In this document: piece by piece, positions 1 through 11,400 of the stretch
Layout of the letters: every line of letters begins with the position of its first letter
Numbering within the stretch: position 1 is the stretch's first letter
From: Hormiphora californensis
Taxonomy: Eukaryota > Animalia > Ctenophora
NCBI GenBank assembly: GCA_020137815.1
Contig: CM035358.1
Span: forward strand, 558,001 to 622,000
Length of the DNA: 64,000 bases
Direction of reading: 5' to 3'
Made by a program: the position numbers and the translations under genes
The notes under the pieces: generated by a model
Databases searched by the model: none
Told to the model about the DNA's origin: nothing
The model's input: only the letters and a program-made list of their open reading frames with translations

Positions 1-164
1 GTGCGCTCTTGGGTGCTCTTGGAGGCTCTTGAACTTTATTATGGTTCCTTATATCTTAAAAAATTTTTTTTTCTAAAAGGGGGTTAAAATGGGATTAGAT
101 AACAATATCAATATAAAAACACCGGTCTCCCATGGGGGAGAAGATTAATAAATTACTGCATTGA

Positions 165-3100
165 TTAAAATTGATTAAATCGGGTAGAATTAAAAGAATT
201 ATATAATAAGTTAATATCTTGTTTTTCACTCTTGTATTGTATTGTTTTGGTAAACTTATTGCCTCTATGGCCCCTTAAACTGATCACAGTTGTTCTGAGC
301 AGGGTGAAGGACAATCGCTGCCTGATATAACGGATGGTATCAGGATAAGCCTGTTTGGTTTTGTCAGCAAGCAGCTTTGCTAGGCGCCTGTAGAATTTTT
401 CTGCCTCGTTGCCCAGGGCACCAGTTATTGAAAACACAAGAGGGCAAAAACAGCTCTGCTCGACCTCAAGGACCCGTTCGTTATAGCACCGTTTTTTCTC
501 GTCCTCGTGCCGTTTCAGAGCTGTATCGAGCGGGATGGCACTGTTGGTGGGTGCCAATGGATTAAAGATACGAACATCCGTGTAAATTTTGTCCATAGGA
601 AGCCAAAAGTCCCTGGCAGCAACATCAAGGCGAGCATCGTTTGCAGTGTTCGCTGACTTTAGCCGGAACGTTTCGCCAGTGATTGGGAGAAGATGGGGTT
701 CTCTTGAAACATCACGGCATCCGGCCTCTTTCAACAAGTTTGCAGTAAGGTCCCGGATCTCATTGTGTCGGAGCTGTACGTAACCGCCAAGATGACAAGA
801 GAGGCTGTGTTCAGTGGTGTTAGGTTTTCCACACGGACAATTTGGTGGTCTACCCTCAAGTTCCAAGCAGTAGCGGAGGGACATGGAGTCCCAGAACTCC
901 TGTTTGTTCAGATTGAACCTATGTTCCTTGAGGGGGAGAGATGTTACCCATATGGAAGACCCTCGCCGTGTTCTCTCTTGGTGGAAACGCTGTTCGTTGG
1001 GTGGTAGTGCCTCTCTCACAAGTTCTTCAGCCTTGGTCTGGTTCAGCCGTTTGGTGGTCAACATCTCGGATTTTGCAGACTCCAGCTCCCGCTTAAGCAA
1101 GTGCAAACTCTCTGGATCAAATTGTGTTTTCTGTTCGTTTATGATTTTGGAGAGAGGTGCAGTAGCCGCTGCAGAACTGGCGTATTCAAAATCCGCGATC
1201 TCGACGGGGTTGAAGATTCCAAGGCCCCCATGGCGGGCAGGGAGTGACAGAAGTTTCCGATTGTTTGGGGTCAGTTGGTTGCTGATTGTTTTTGGGATGA
1301 AAGTGGATGATATGATGTCTTCCAGTGGCTGGAAGAGATCAGAGATGTCCTTGGTAGTTCTCATAATAAACAACCACCGTTTGGAGAGTCCCATGATGTA
1401 AGCAGAGAATGATGGATGGGGCTCAGATGTTGAAAAATCAGATAAGTCTGTAAGCTCTTGGGCCCACGTCTCAACCTGTTGACTGACGTACTGTTTCTTA
1501 AACTCGTCGGTACCTAGGGGAGCTCCGAGATATCTTTGTCCCTCTGATGTAATATGCACACCTGTGTCCTTGAAAATAGAGCTGGCAGTGTTCTCAAGCC
1601 CAGGTTTGACGATCAGCACAGACTTCTTTCCATTGGGGAAGTAGCCTAATCCTGGGCCAACTTCGCACAGAATGTCCCACCACTTCCGCATAGCCAAGAG
1701 TTTCCCAACAGATGCACCGTCATCGGCAAAGAAGATCTGTGCACAGTCTGCCTCGGAAAGGGCTGAGATGAGAGGATTCAGGCTGATGCAGTACCAGGGA
1801 GATGCAAGGTTGCAACCCTGAGTGGTGCCTTCACTACTCAGAATGAAAGTGCCGTTCTGTAGGAAAAGTTTGGCAGGGGATCGGTAGATGTTGATCGTGA
1901 AGGTGGCGAGCGGGGGGCAAAGATAGCGGAGATTGACGAGAGCGGTTGCCCGATTAAGCACATTAAAGGCGTTGGTTGCATCCGCTAAGAGCACTCCCTC
2001 AGAGCCATCGTCATCAAACATGCTAGACATGCTGTGGACGGCAGCCTCAATTCCACCCTGAAGGCCGGAGGCAAGCTGCAGTGGCCCGGCTGCTTCAATG
2101 ATGTCGCTGTGTAGATGGCAGACAACAGTACGCCCAATGATACGCCGGAGTATTTCCCCGATGCCGATGGGGCGGATACCCGGATTCTTGTTCAGGGCGA
2201 TCAATCGACATGAGACCAAGGCAGAGATGGTGTGTGGGTTGATGAAAGAAGTGCAGAGGCGACGAGTCATTCTTGCCAGGGCATGGGCCAGGGCATCGGA
2301 TTCGAGGTGGAAAGTTCTACTACACAACATTCTCGCCCACAGTGCATCGGTCATTCCACTGGGACCTGCTCCTCCCTTGGTTGTGGCAGCTGATCTCCTG
2401 ATTGCTTCAGTGTCAATGCTGTCAAACAGTGCTGGTTCAACACTGGGAGCTGGCAGGCGGGAGACTAAAAGGTCTCGGTTGAGTGGCTGGGCAGGGGGGT
2501 GTTTGGCACGGAGCCCCTCAATCACTTCAGGGGAGGGTGGGAGGGGTGCAGATGGAGAGGTGTTCAGCACACGGAGGGCCGCTGCAACTTTACCGTTCAG
2601 CATGAGTAGAGAGAAGCTCTTCCGGGAGTTCTGATGGTTGCTACTCATAGGGATTTTGGATTGAATAGCTTTGCACTCCCTGACTAGGCTGTCGAAGTCT
2701 CCATCTCTCCACAGTTGTAGCCTTCTCCTCAGGGCCTCACATTCTTCAGAGGGCTTGGATCGTTTGCCTGGTTTCTGAAGGAGCAGGGCTCCCATGAGGT
2801 GGAGCGCTGTGATGGCAAATGGCTCCAGGGGTGAGGAGTTTGTCCAACCGTTAATCAGACGGGTTGCCTCGCTAATGAAGGCCTTTCCAGCTGCACCTGC
2901 TGGTAGTTTTTTAAAGAGATTTGGTTTCCAACTTGCAACAGTACAATGAATTTCATACAGAGTCTGGGGGAGGGTTAATTCTGAGTGTTCACCCCAGGAG
3001 TAGGGCCGGTGGGGAATATGGGGGAAGTCTGGAATTTCCGAACAGTTGTGGCAGTGCCATGGGGCATCCTCATCTGAGGTAACCTTGTGGTACTCATCTG

Positions 3101-3395
3101 GGGACAGTCCTGCACATCTGTGGTGGTACCACCCGTCACAATTAGTACATTGAATCCAATGAACCACTCCATTGAGTGAGCGCTTGGGTTCGTTGGAGTC
3201 ATTGTAATTACTGCATGAAACACAAAGTTCAGAGGATTCATCAGAATTCACCGATATGGAGTAGGTTGAAGAAGAAGGGCAGGAGGATGGAAGGTAGGCG
3301 GAGGGACGGGATGGGGGAGGAGGAGCGATAGGCTGGTTGGATGGCGCTGGAGTCTTCTTACGCTTGGACGTTTGCCGCTTCGTGCGTCCTGTCAT
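165..3395 (-). CDS. Retrotransposon polyprotein: PHD finger, reverse transcriptase, CCHC knuckle, PD-(D/E)xK-type restriction-like endonuclease (1076 aa)
   Basis: PHD C4HC3 (CVSC...WIQCTNCDGWYHHRC...WHCHNC). RT motifs GIRPIGIGEILRRII, LLADATNAFN, EGTTQG, FFADDG, YLGAPLG. Knuckle CPCGK...HSLSC. Endonuclease RHNEIRD, ARLDV...YTDVRI, CPLVFSITG. ORF is uninterrupted. Confidence 0.95.
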   Translation of the reverse strand: MTGRTKRQTSKRKKTPAPSNQPIAPPPPSRPSAYLPSSCPSSSTYSISVNSDESSELCVSCSNYNDSNEPKRSLNGVVHWIQCTNCDGWYHHRCAGLSPDEYHKVTSDEDAPWHCHNCSEIPDFPHIPHRPYSWGEHSELTLPQTLYEIHCTVASWKPNLFKKLPAGAAGKAFISEATRLINGWTNSSPLEPFAITALHLMGALLLQKPGKRSKPSEECEALRRRLQLWRDGDFDSLVRECKAIQSKIPMSSNHQNSRKSFSLLMLNGKVAAALRVLNTSPSAPLPPSPEVIEGLRAKHPPAQPLNRDLLVSRLPAPSVEPALFDSIDTEAIRRSAATTKGGAGPSGMTDALWARMLCSRTFHLESDALAHALARMTRRLCTSFINPHTISALVSCRLIALNKNPGIRPIGIGEILRRIIGRTVVCHLHSDIIEAAGPLQLASGLQGGIEAAVHSMSSMFDDDGSEGVLLADATNAFNVLNRATALVNLRYLCPPLATFTINIYRSPAKLFLQNGTFILSSEGTTQGCNLASPWYCISLNPLISALSEADCAQIFFADDGASVGKLLAMRKWWDILCEVGPGLGYFPNGKKSVLIVKPGLENTASSIFKDTGVHITSEGQRYLGAPLGTDEFKKQYVSQQVETWAQELTDLSDFSTSEPHPSFSAYIMGLSKRWLFIMRTTKDISDLFQPLEDIISSTFIPKTISNQLTPNNRKLLSLPARHGGLGIFNPVEIADFEYASSAAATAPLSKIINEQKTQFDPESLHLLKRELESAKSEMLTTKRLNQTKAEELVREALPPNEQRFHQERTRRGSSIWVTSLPLKEHRFNLNKQEFWDSMSLRYCLELEGRPPNCPCGKPNTTEHSLSCHLGGYVQLRHNEIRDLTANLLKEAGCRDVSREPHLLPITGETFRLKSANTANDARLDVAARDFWLPMDKIYTDVRIFNPLAPTNSAIPLDTALKRHEDEKKRCYNERVLEVEQSCFCPLVFSITGALGNEAEKFYRRLAKLLADKTKQAYPDTIRYIRQRLSFTLLRTTVISLRGHRGNKFTKTIQYKSEKQDINLLYNSFNSTRFNQF

Positions 3396-3449
3396 ACCAA
3401 CGTGCCCGGACTGCCCCTCCTGGGCTGGCTCTACATCCTGCGGCGAAAT

Positions 3450-3489
3450 CTCAAATTAATTTGTTTAAAGTAGTGTTAAAAAATTTGAA
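3450..3489 (-). other. Spliced-leader (SL) exon-like sequence, 54 nt upstream of the retrotransposon ATG
   Basis: Minus strand TTCAAATTTTTTAACACTACTTTAAACAAATTAATTTGAG. 36/39 identical to the copy at 54123-54161, and the similarity stops exactly after TTTGAG. Matches the ctenophore SL as I recall it. No GT donor follows. Confidence 0.8.
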
Positions 3490-3644
3490 TGAATTTTAAT
3501 GCGCGGCTGAAATTGCAGCGCATTATGATAAATAAATCGCGCAATCCAGTGCTTTGCAGCGCAGCTTTTGTGAAAATTCATGATATAAATCACTTTTCAG
3601 TGTTTTGGTGATTTTGGTTTTTAAATTTTATCTCAGGGCTCAGG

Positions 3645-3693
3645 CTTGAAAAGCGCTGCCTTATCCCGCGGGGGGCCAGCAACGTTTGCCAAG
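3645..3693 (+). mobile_element. 49-bp mini-transposon with imperfect TIRs and TSD
   Basis: CTTGAAAAGCGCTGC...GCAACGTTTGCCAAG, flanked by GCTCAGG / GCTCCGG. A near-identical inverted copy lies at 49030-49086. Confidence 0.7.
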
Positions 3694-4447
3694 GCTCCGG
3701 CTAGGTCTCACCGCTCACGTCGCGTTTGGAGTCCGGACTCCGGCGCCCTTTTTAACTATAATTTACCTCTGCTCTGTAGTTATCCTCGCCTTAAAACATG
3801 TCACATGAGCAAACGATCGCAACATGCGCCGGCCAGGACACTTTGGAAAATTGGCGTAGCCGGCCGCCGGGCCTTACTGATCAGAATAAATAACTGTTTG
3901 GATCAAACCTAGTCAAAATTAAAGAAAGCCCTTATGAAAGTTGTGTCTACCCGAAGTGAATCGACGATTGTTGCTAACCTCTGATCTAAAGTTTTTAAGT
4001 CCTCGATATTCAATTTGAGTTTGTTCGAATTTTAGTAGCACTGACCACTGTTAGTAGCGCTAATAGGCTGTCTTTCTAAATCCCTGTTATTGATAGTTTA
4101 ACTATGATCCCGGTAAATCCAGGTTGCAACACGCCCAAACCAATTACATGCAATCTCAAACCACCTAATTACCATAATAGCAAGTAATTATTAGTTGCTG
4201 CTCACTCACGCCACTCTCCCCTCTCACTCCCTCTCTCTTGTTGTTGTTATTATAACAGTGGATCGTTCCGGTCTGTGATTATCTTGTGTTTGGTTCGAAC
4301 CGATATATATTCAAGCCAGTTTCACTCACTCTGATTATTTTACCCGTCCGACCGTCGCTCATTCTATCCTCTATATAATGTCGAGTTCTCTCTCTCTCCT
4401 TCTAACTTGTAATTCGTTGTAGCAACTGGTTAATGATAAAAGCTCCA

Positions 4448-5329
4448 ATGAGAACCCTCCTCCTTCTAGGTAAGAGTCAAGAGATATATAGCTGTTAGAA
4501 CAGCTGTTAGAACTTTATACATGGTGTCTAAATATATTCGGTGTCAGCTGTTCAAAGCCATATCCGAGAAAAGTGTTTTTTACTAAAAGGTGACTGTGTT
4601 ATCTTACTGTTTATTCCGTGTTACACTCACATGGTAATCACTCTGGTTGTTGTTTTATCGCCCCATGTACACCCTGTTACCAACTATGTACTACACTAGG
4701 ATGCCATGACAGTATTCTAATTGGGGACATGTGTGTTTTAATATTATATCACACTGAGTAGTACTACTCCAATGTTTATATTTGGTCTGTATATGGACCC
4801 CCCTGCAGTATGTCGGAAGTAACATTTACCCCACCCTGTATTTTCTAACATCTACCTATTTTTAGGAGTTCTGTGCACGATTGCAGCGCTTGGTAAGTGT
4901 AGAGAAATTGAGCAAAATAAAGTTAGAGAGAGATAGATTTAGAATGGAATATGTTAATATGTTAGGTATTCTGCTGGAGAGATGAATTAGGAAACTGCAG
5001 ATCATACTACAACAGATAATATAAAATATGTTGCATGCTCCAATCGCAGCAGCATGCACTATATTCCAGAACATAATAGGACATGTGCCCAACACATCCG
5101 TAATATATGCACATGTTCTCCCACTAATAATCCCCCCCCCCCCATTTATTCATTTGTTATGTAGCTAAACCCTTGCAAAAAACACGCAACGTTCTCCGCC
5201 CATTTCACATCTCTTCCGGGAAAGCGATACATCTGATGATTTCACTGCACATTGTGTGTCGTTCTCAATTATGTTATTGTCATACTCACAAACCGTCGTC
5301 ACTTTTTCTCCTTAAATATCTCTTTTCTT

Positions 5330-5421
<92 letters not shown>

Positions 5422-8400
5422 ATCTCACCATACTCTCTCTCCTACTTTATATATTATTATGAATTGACTTTGCGAGTGTGTCTCTTGTCTTGTTGGCTCT
5501 AGGAAATCAAGTAGACAATTGCTATCATGAATGCAGCGATGTAAAGAGAGAGGGAGAGATAGGGAGATAGAGAGAGACTGCACAGAAAGACAGGGAGAGA
5601 CTGTACAGAGAGACAGGGAGATAAAATAGTTAGCGTCGCAGAGAAGTTGATTCTCCTCTTTTCTCGAACTGCTTCACACACACGCACTTGAAAACGAGAG
5701 AAGGAGGCCGGGGGAAGCCATGCAGGCTCACTTTTATATGTCGACACCCAACCAACACACTCACACCAACAACGGGATAAAATGGGTGGGAAAAAAGATA
5801 AAAAGATAGACACTAGGGGATGGTCAGTTGGGGTTGGCCAGACACGATAATTTGCTATGTCGGGCCGCCACATGATGATGAAAGGTACAGAGAAAGTGTG
5901 AGAGAGGTCCAGACCTCTCTCTATTAGACGACAGGTTAGGAACTGTGCATGTGCAGAACTGCTACTGCAGAGAACGGGATATTACACACTCGCATGCCAC
6001 GCTAAACTAATTGGTTTCCACTACATAGTGCTGCACACAGACAAACTGACAAACAAATAATAGTACACCGTACAGGCAGACAATCTGACAAACAAATCGG
6101 GCGACTCTACACTACCCCACTCTCCAACCAATACAGCTCTATCACTTTGATACTGTGATCACCGTTAAGTGTACACTCTTGTTGCCGTCACACTAATGGA
6201 TTCGAAAAAAGTAATGTTTTCTCTCGATTTGGTAGCGGGATATTTGCCAAGGGGAAGAGAGGAGTGATTGGTTTCAGTAGAAAGTGGTAGGGTACTTCTG
6301 CTATAATACGTCAGTATTAAAATATACCAAAAAATATACCCAGTTTTTAGGGGTTATATTGACTTGCTGGTAAAGGAATGGTTATAACGGGGCACGAGCT
6401 CTTTGCGTTAAAGAGGCGTTTATCGAAAGAGGGATAGACGGGAGAGATTTAACGAAAGAAAGAAGAAGAAATAGACTGAGAGAGAGAGAGAGAAGAAGAA
6501 CTAGAGGCAGATCATACAGAGAGAATGATCGAGAGGAGGATAGAAAGGTTAGCATGCATTGCTCGTCTATCATGCACTAGCCGCTCCCGCACACTCCCCT
6601 CTATCTCTCCAACTATCCATCTCTCGCTCTCTCTCCCCCTCTTTCCCCTCTCTCTTTCTTATTTTCGATTTCTTTTGACTGACCACACAAACACATCAAG
6701 TCAACTAAACTTACTACTGCACTAAGATCTTTCTCACAGGCGTATTTTCGTGCCAAGCAAAACCGAATAGGCCAGTCATATGACGTTGTGAAATGGAACT
6801 AATTGATCTAAAAGCGATTCCACTTCCAGGGCCCTCCAATGGGTCTCTACAACCACCAAAAAAATTTACCGCGGGTACCGCGATGGAGAAATCGGTCATT
6901 TCCGGGTTTATTTTGCACCTGCATAAATATAGGCTAGGACGAATGCGATATACGGTAAAAACCGTCTTTGGAAACAAGTAGAAAAGAAATCAAGGGCACT
7001 AAAGTGTGTAGCGTCCTCGCATTAGTGGGGGTAGGTGCTGGAATTAAGTCTCTATCTTATCAGGTTAATTAGATAATTGGATAATTAGATGCGCACATAG
7101 CCGTTTTATGGTTATACGGTAAAAACCATCTTTGGAATGGAGTAGAGAAAAAAACCGAGGGTACTAGAGTGATCAGCGTCCTCGAATTAGTGGGGGTAGG
7201 TACCAAAATTAAGTTCCTATCTCATCGCGTTAATTAGATAATTGGATAATTAGGTATGCGCATAACCGTTTTTAGGTTACATGGCTATAGCCACTTAGGA
7301 ATGGTTTAGAGACTTTTCATTGGTGCCATTTTGTAGGCAATAGCCAAGTTATGGGGGGTCGACGTCGGACTTTTTAGCTCTATATTCAACCATTTAGCCG
7401 TTATATGGCTTTAAAGGTGCTCAAAATCGGTCTTTTTACCGCATTTTTGCTCACTTTGAGCACCTTTAAAGCCAAATGACGGCTAAACGGTTGAATATAG
7501 AGCTTAAAAGTCCGACGTCGACCCCCAATAACTTGGCTATTGCCTACAAAATGGCACCAATGAAAAGTCTCTAAACCATTCCTAAGTGGCTATAGCCATG
7601 TAACCTAAAAACGGTTATGCGCATACCTAATTATCCAATTATCTAATTAACGCGATGAGATAGGAACTTAATTTTGGTACCTACCCCCACTAATTCGAGG
7701 ACGCTGATCACTCTAGTACCCTCGGTTTTTTCTCTACTCCATTCCAAAGATGGTTTTTACCGTATAACCATAAAACGGCTATGTGCACATCTAATTATCC
7801 AATTATCTAATTAACCTGATAAGATAGAGACTTAATTCCAGCACCTACCCCCACTAATGCGAGGACGCTACACACTTTAGTGCCCTTGATTTCTTTTCTA
7901 CTTGTTTCCAAAGACGGTTTTTACCGTATATCGCATTCGTCCTAGCCTATATTTATGCAGGTGCAAAATAAACCCGGAAATGACCGATTTCTCCATCGCG
8001 GTACCCGCGGTAAATTTTTTTGGTGGTTGTAGAGACCCATTGGAGGGCCCTGGAAGTGGAATCGCTTTTAGATCAATTACTTCCTTTTTCAGCGATAAAT
8101 CGACGTCATATGACTGGCCTAGAACACGGTTTTGAGAGAGAGAAAGTGAGAGAAAGTGAGAGAGAGAGTGTGTGCAAAGGATAACGATTTGTTACCAAAC
8201 CGCAAGTAATTCCTCTTTGCTTATTTCGTGCTCAACGTGAAAGCTAATGATCAGGGATTCAGGAAGAACGTTCTATTTTGAGATCCAGGAGACTGGTGTA
8301 GTGAGAGAGCCATAACAGTTGTTTGGTAGTGAGTGAAGGTCGAACTCTGTGTGTGTTTGAGTGTGCGTCGGTAATGTCATTAAAATCTCCCGATCCCACC

Positions 8401-11400
8401 ACAAGTCTACCCCTTCTTCATTCCATCACTTTTCCTTCACCAGCCTGCCTCTTCATTCGTCATGACGTCACCATTCCACCACTTTTTCCGTCCTTTATTC
8501 CGACCCAATCTCAAATATCTCACCCCTATACTGTTGTAACAAGAAGGGATAGTATTCCGCCTTATAATAAATGACGATAGAATCGGGGCCTGATTTTATT
8601 AAATATCACTCCCTCTCGGCTCTCCCTCTATAAAGCTCTAGATCTCTCTCCATAATATTTTTGATACTCCCAGGTCTATGAATGTATGATCATATTTTCC
8701 CTGCAGGATCCCACTATATTCATCTCCCCATCTCTCAACCCCCCCCCCCCCCCCCCCGTGATTTCATTGATCTTAGAGAACACGAGATCTGAAATATGAT
8801 ATTTCTTCCACACACAACCAAACTCTCCCTCTAGTCCCCCGTCATGACCCACAACCAATCTCTCTCTCCCTAGTCCCCAGTCATGACCCACAACCAATCT
8901 CTCTCTCCCTAGTCCCCCGTCATGGCCCACAACCAATCTCTCTCTCCCTCTAGTCCCCCGTCATGACCCACAACCAATCTCTCTCTCCCTAGTCCCCAGT
9001 CATGACCCACCACCAAACTCTCACCCTAGTCCCCAGTCATGACCCACACATATATACCAATACAACCAGACAGATGCCAGTTGTACTGAGTACAAGTCGA
9101 AATTCAGGAACAAATTCCATCTTGATCGAACAATTTATATCTCTAAATCCTACATGAATCAGTATTCAATATCATGAATCATACCCCATTACGTCCTAAT
9201 ATTCCCCCCTATCAGGATCGTCCCCTGTGAACCGAATCACGATATGTCAGGGAGAGACAGGAAGTATTAGCTGCAACCCCGGACAGAGTCTCCGTATCTA
9301 CTCTGCCTACTATGGACGATTTGTATCAGGCGAGGTTCGTATGTTGCGAGACATCTTTGCATCTTTTTCATCCTGACATTGAGTCGAGACGTCCCGTAGT
9401 TCTGTTGTATCTAGTGCCAGTCTAACCAACATACATTCTCCCGCCAGGAAGCCTGCCCACACCGGACAGTAACACCTAATACCGACCTGTCCTGTATTGC
9501 TGATGTTAGTGCCAAGGTACAGCGAGAATGTGACGAAAAACCGAGGTGCGATGTCAAGGCCGCTAACAGGAACTTTGAGGATCGGTGCAGGAGTGTTTTC
9601 AAACATTTGGATATCGAGTTCTACTGTATAAATAATCCCATCACTACTGGTAAGAATCTGAGATTTGTTTCTTGATGTTTGAATGAGTTTCATCATGATG
9701 TTAACAGTGAGAGAGTTATTGCCGATCTTTATTCTTGAGAGTTCTAAATACATTTGGAGTATTGATCACATACACCGCTCTAATACAGTTGGAAATCAGC
9801 CTGAAGTCTTGTAATTGGCCCAATTAGCTCCCATTATAGGTCCCATTATAGGTCCCACAATTAGATCTTATTTCCTACCAAGTACAGGAGGGAGCACTTT
9901 GGTGCACTTCTATTTCCCTGAGAAATCATACAAAGAAAGAGTTCTGGAACAGTTTTAACTTTAGCTTGCCAATTACACAGGTCGTTTGATCATCTCCCTC
10001 TCAGAACTCAAATGGAGTATTCATAGCCCCACATGTAGCGCCACGTGAAGACAGTTTTAACTAATACACTGTCATCTCTAAATCAGCTTCTAACTTTCAA
10101 TATATTTCTCACACTCTTTCTCGTGATTTCTTTCACTTGAGAAAACAAAGCAACACGCAAACATAATGTTCTGATATGACTCAGTTTTGAAGATATGCCC
10201 AACCAGTCACCATCTTCCACAGTTGGCACGTTGCCAAATCACATGTCAGTCCCACTTACACGATCTTCTGCAGCATGTGTTAGCTGGTCAGGGTCTCCCT
10301 TGTTACGATGTGAAATAGAGAGAGAGAGAGAGAGGGGGGAGGGGAGAGCTAGATAGAGATACAAAGAGAGGGAGTGCACAGTGGGCTCACAGATTTTATA
10401 CATGCACTGCAATTAACAGCAAGCGGCAAAATGTTTTTGCCACAGATTAGCCTATCCTGCCAAACAGTTTCAGGGGAAGGGGGAGGAATTCCAGTATTAT
10501 AATGATGGGCATCTTTTATTAGGCAGTCTTCTAGAATAACATTTTTCATAATATGCACGAGCTATTACATGAAATAGACGTCTAAAACGTTCCAGACTAA
10601 CCCTTTTCTCTTCTCTTTCAATTCTTCAATTTTATCACCACAGCATTATCTCCTAGATGTTCTACAATCCTCCCCTCTCCAAGATGTTAACTATAACCCC
10701 CTCCCCTCTCCAAGATGTTAACTATAACCCCCCTCCCCTCTCCAAGATGTTAACTATAACCCCCTCCCCTCTCCAAGATGTTAACTATAACACCCCCCCT
10801 CCCCAAGATGTTAACTATAACCCCCCTCCCCTCTCCAAGATGTTAACTATAACCCCCCCCCCCTCCCCAAGATGTTAACTATAACCCCCCTCCCCTCTCC
10901 AAGATGTTAACTATAACCCCCCCTCCCCTCTCCAAGATGTTCTGTAACCCCCCCTCCCCTCTCCAAGATGTTAACTATAACCCCCCTCCCCTCCCCAAGA
11001 TGTTAACTATAACCCCCCTCCCCTCTCCAAGATGTTAACTATAACCCCCCCTCCCCTCTCCAAGATGTTAACTATAACCCTCACTCCCTCAGAACCTCCA
11101 ATTGCCTTCACAACTGCAACCCAGTCCCTATCGGAACAGGTGACTGACTGCCTTGACATGAAGAGAACGACGACGGTATGTTGGGTGTTTGTCTGTCCAA
11201 TACTTTTCTGTCCATATTTGTCAGTGGTTTTAAGAGGTCTAGATATCATCTTTCTCCCCACGCTCTCCCTAATTGGTCTCGTTGTATGGGGTACATCCGT
11301 GATTGGATGTAAGGGGGGCTGTCAGATACTTCCCTAGTAGATCTACATGGTAGATTAATGATCAAGCTGGTGAGAGATCAAAATAGGTAGCAAGACAGGG

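Larger units (their letters stand above)
1..3489 (-). mobile_element. CRE-clade-like (RLE-type) non-LTR retrotransposon, apparently 5'-complete; 3' end at or beyond the window edge
   Basis: Single long RT-RLE ORF. The 3' UTR has AATAAA (minus strand, 35-40) followed by ~10-bp CCAAGAGC(A/C)-type repeats at 1-32. The 5' end is marked by an SL-like exon at 3450-3489. Confidence 0.88.

Noticed and set aside
377-2634. Plus-strand ORFs of 62-178 aa
   Set aside because: Antisense shadows of the retrotransposon ORF with no recognisable motifs.
3450-3489. Calling either SL-like copy a functional SL RNA gene
   Set aside because: Neither copy is followed by a GT donor or an evident Sm site.
9310-9753. 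147-aa minus-strand ORF
   Set aside because: Antisense to the SUEL-lectin exons with no domain signature.
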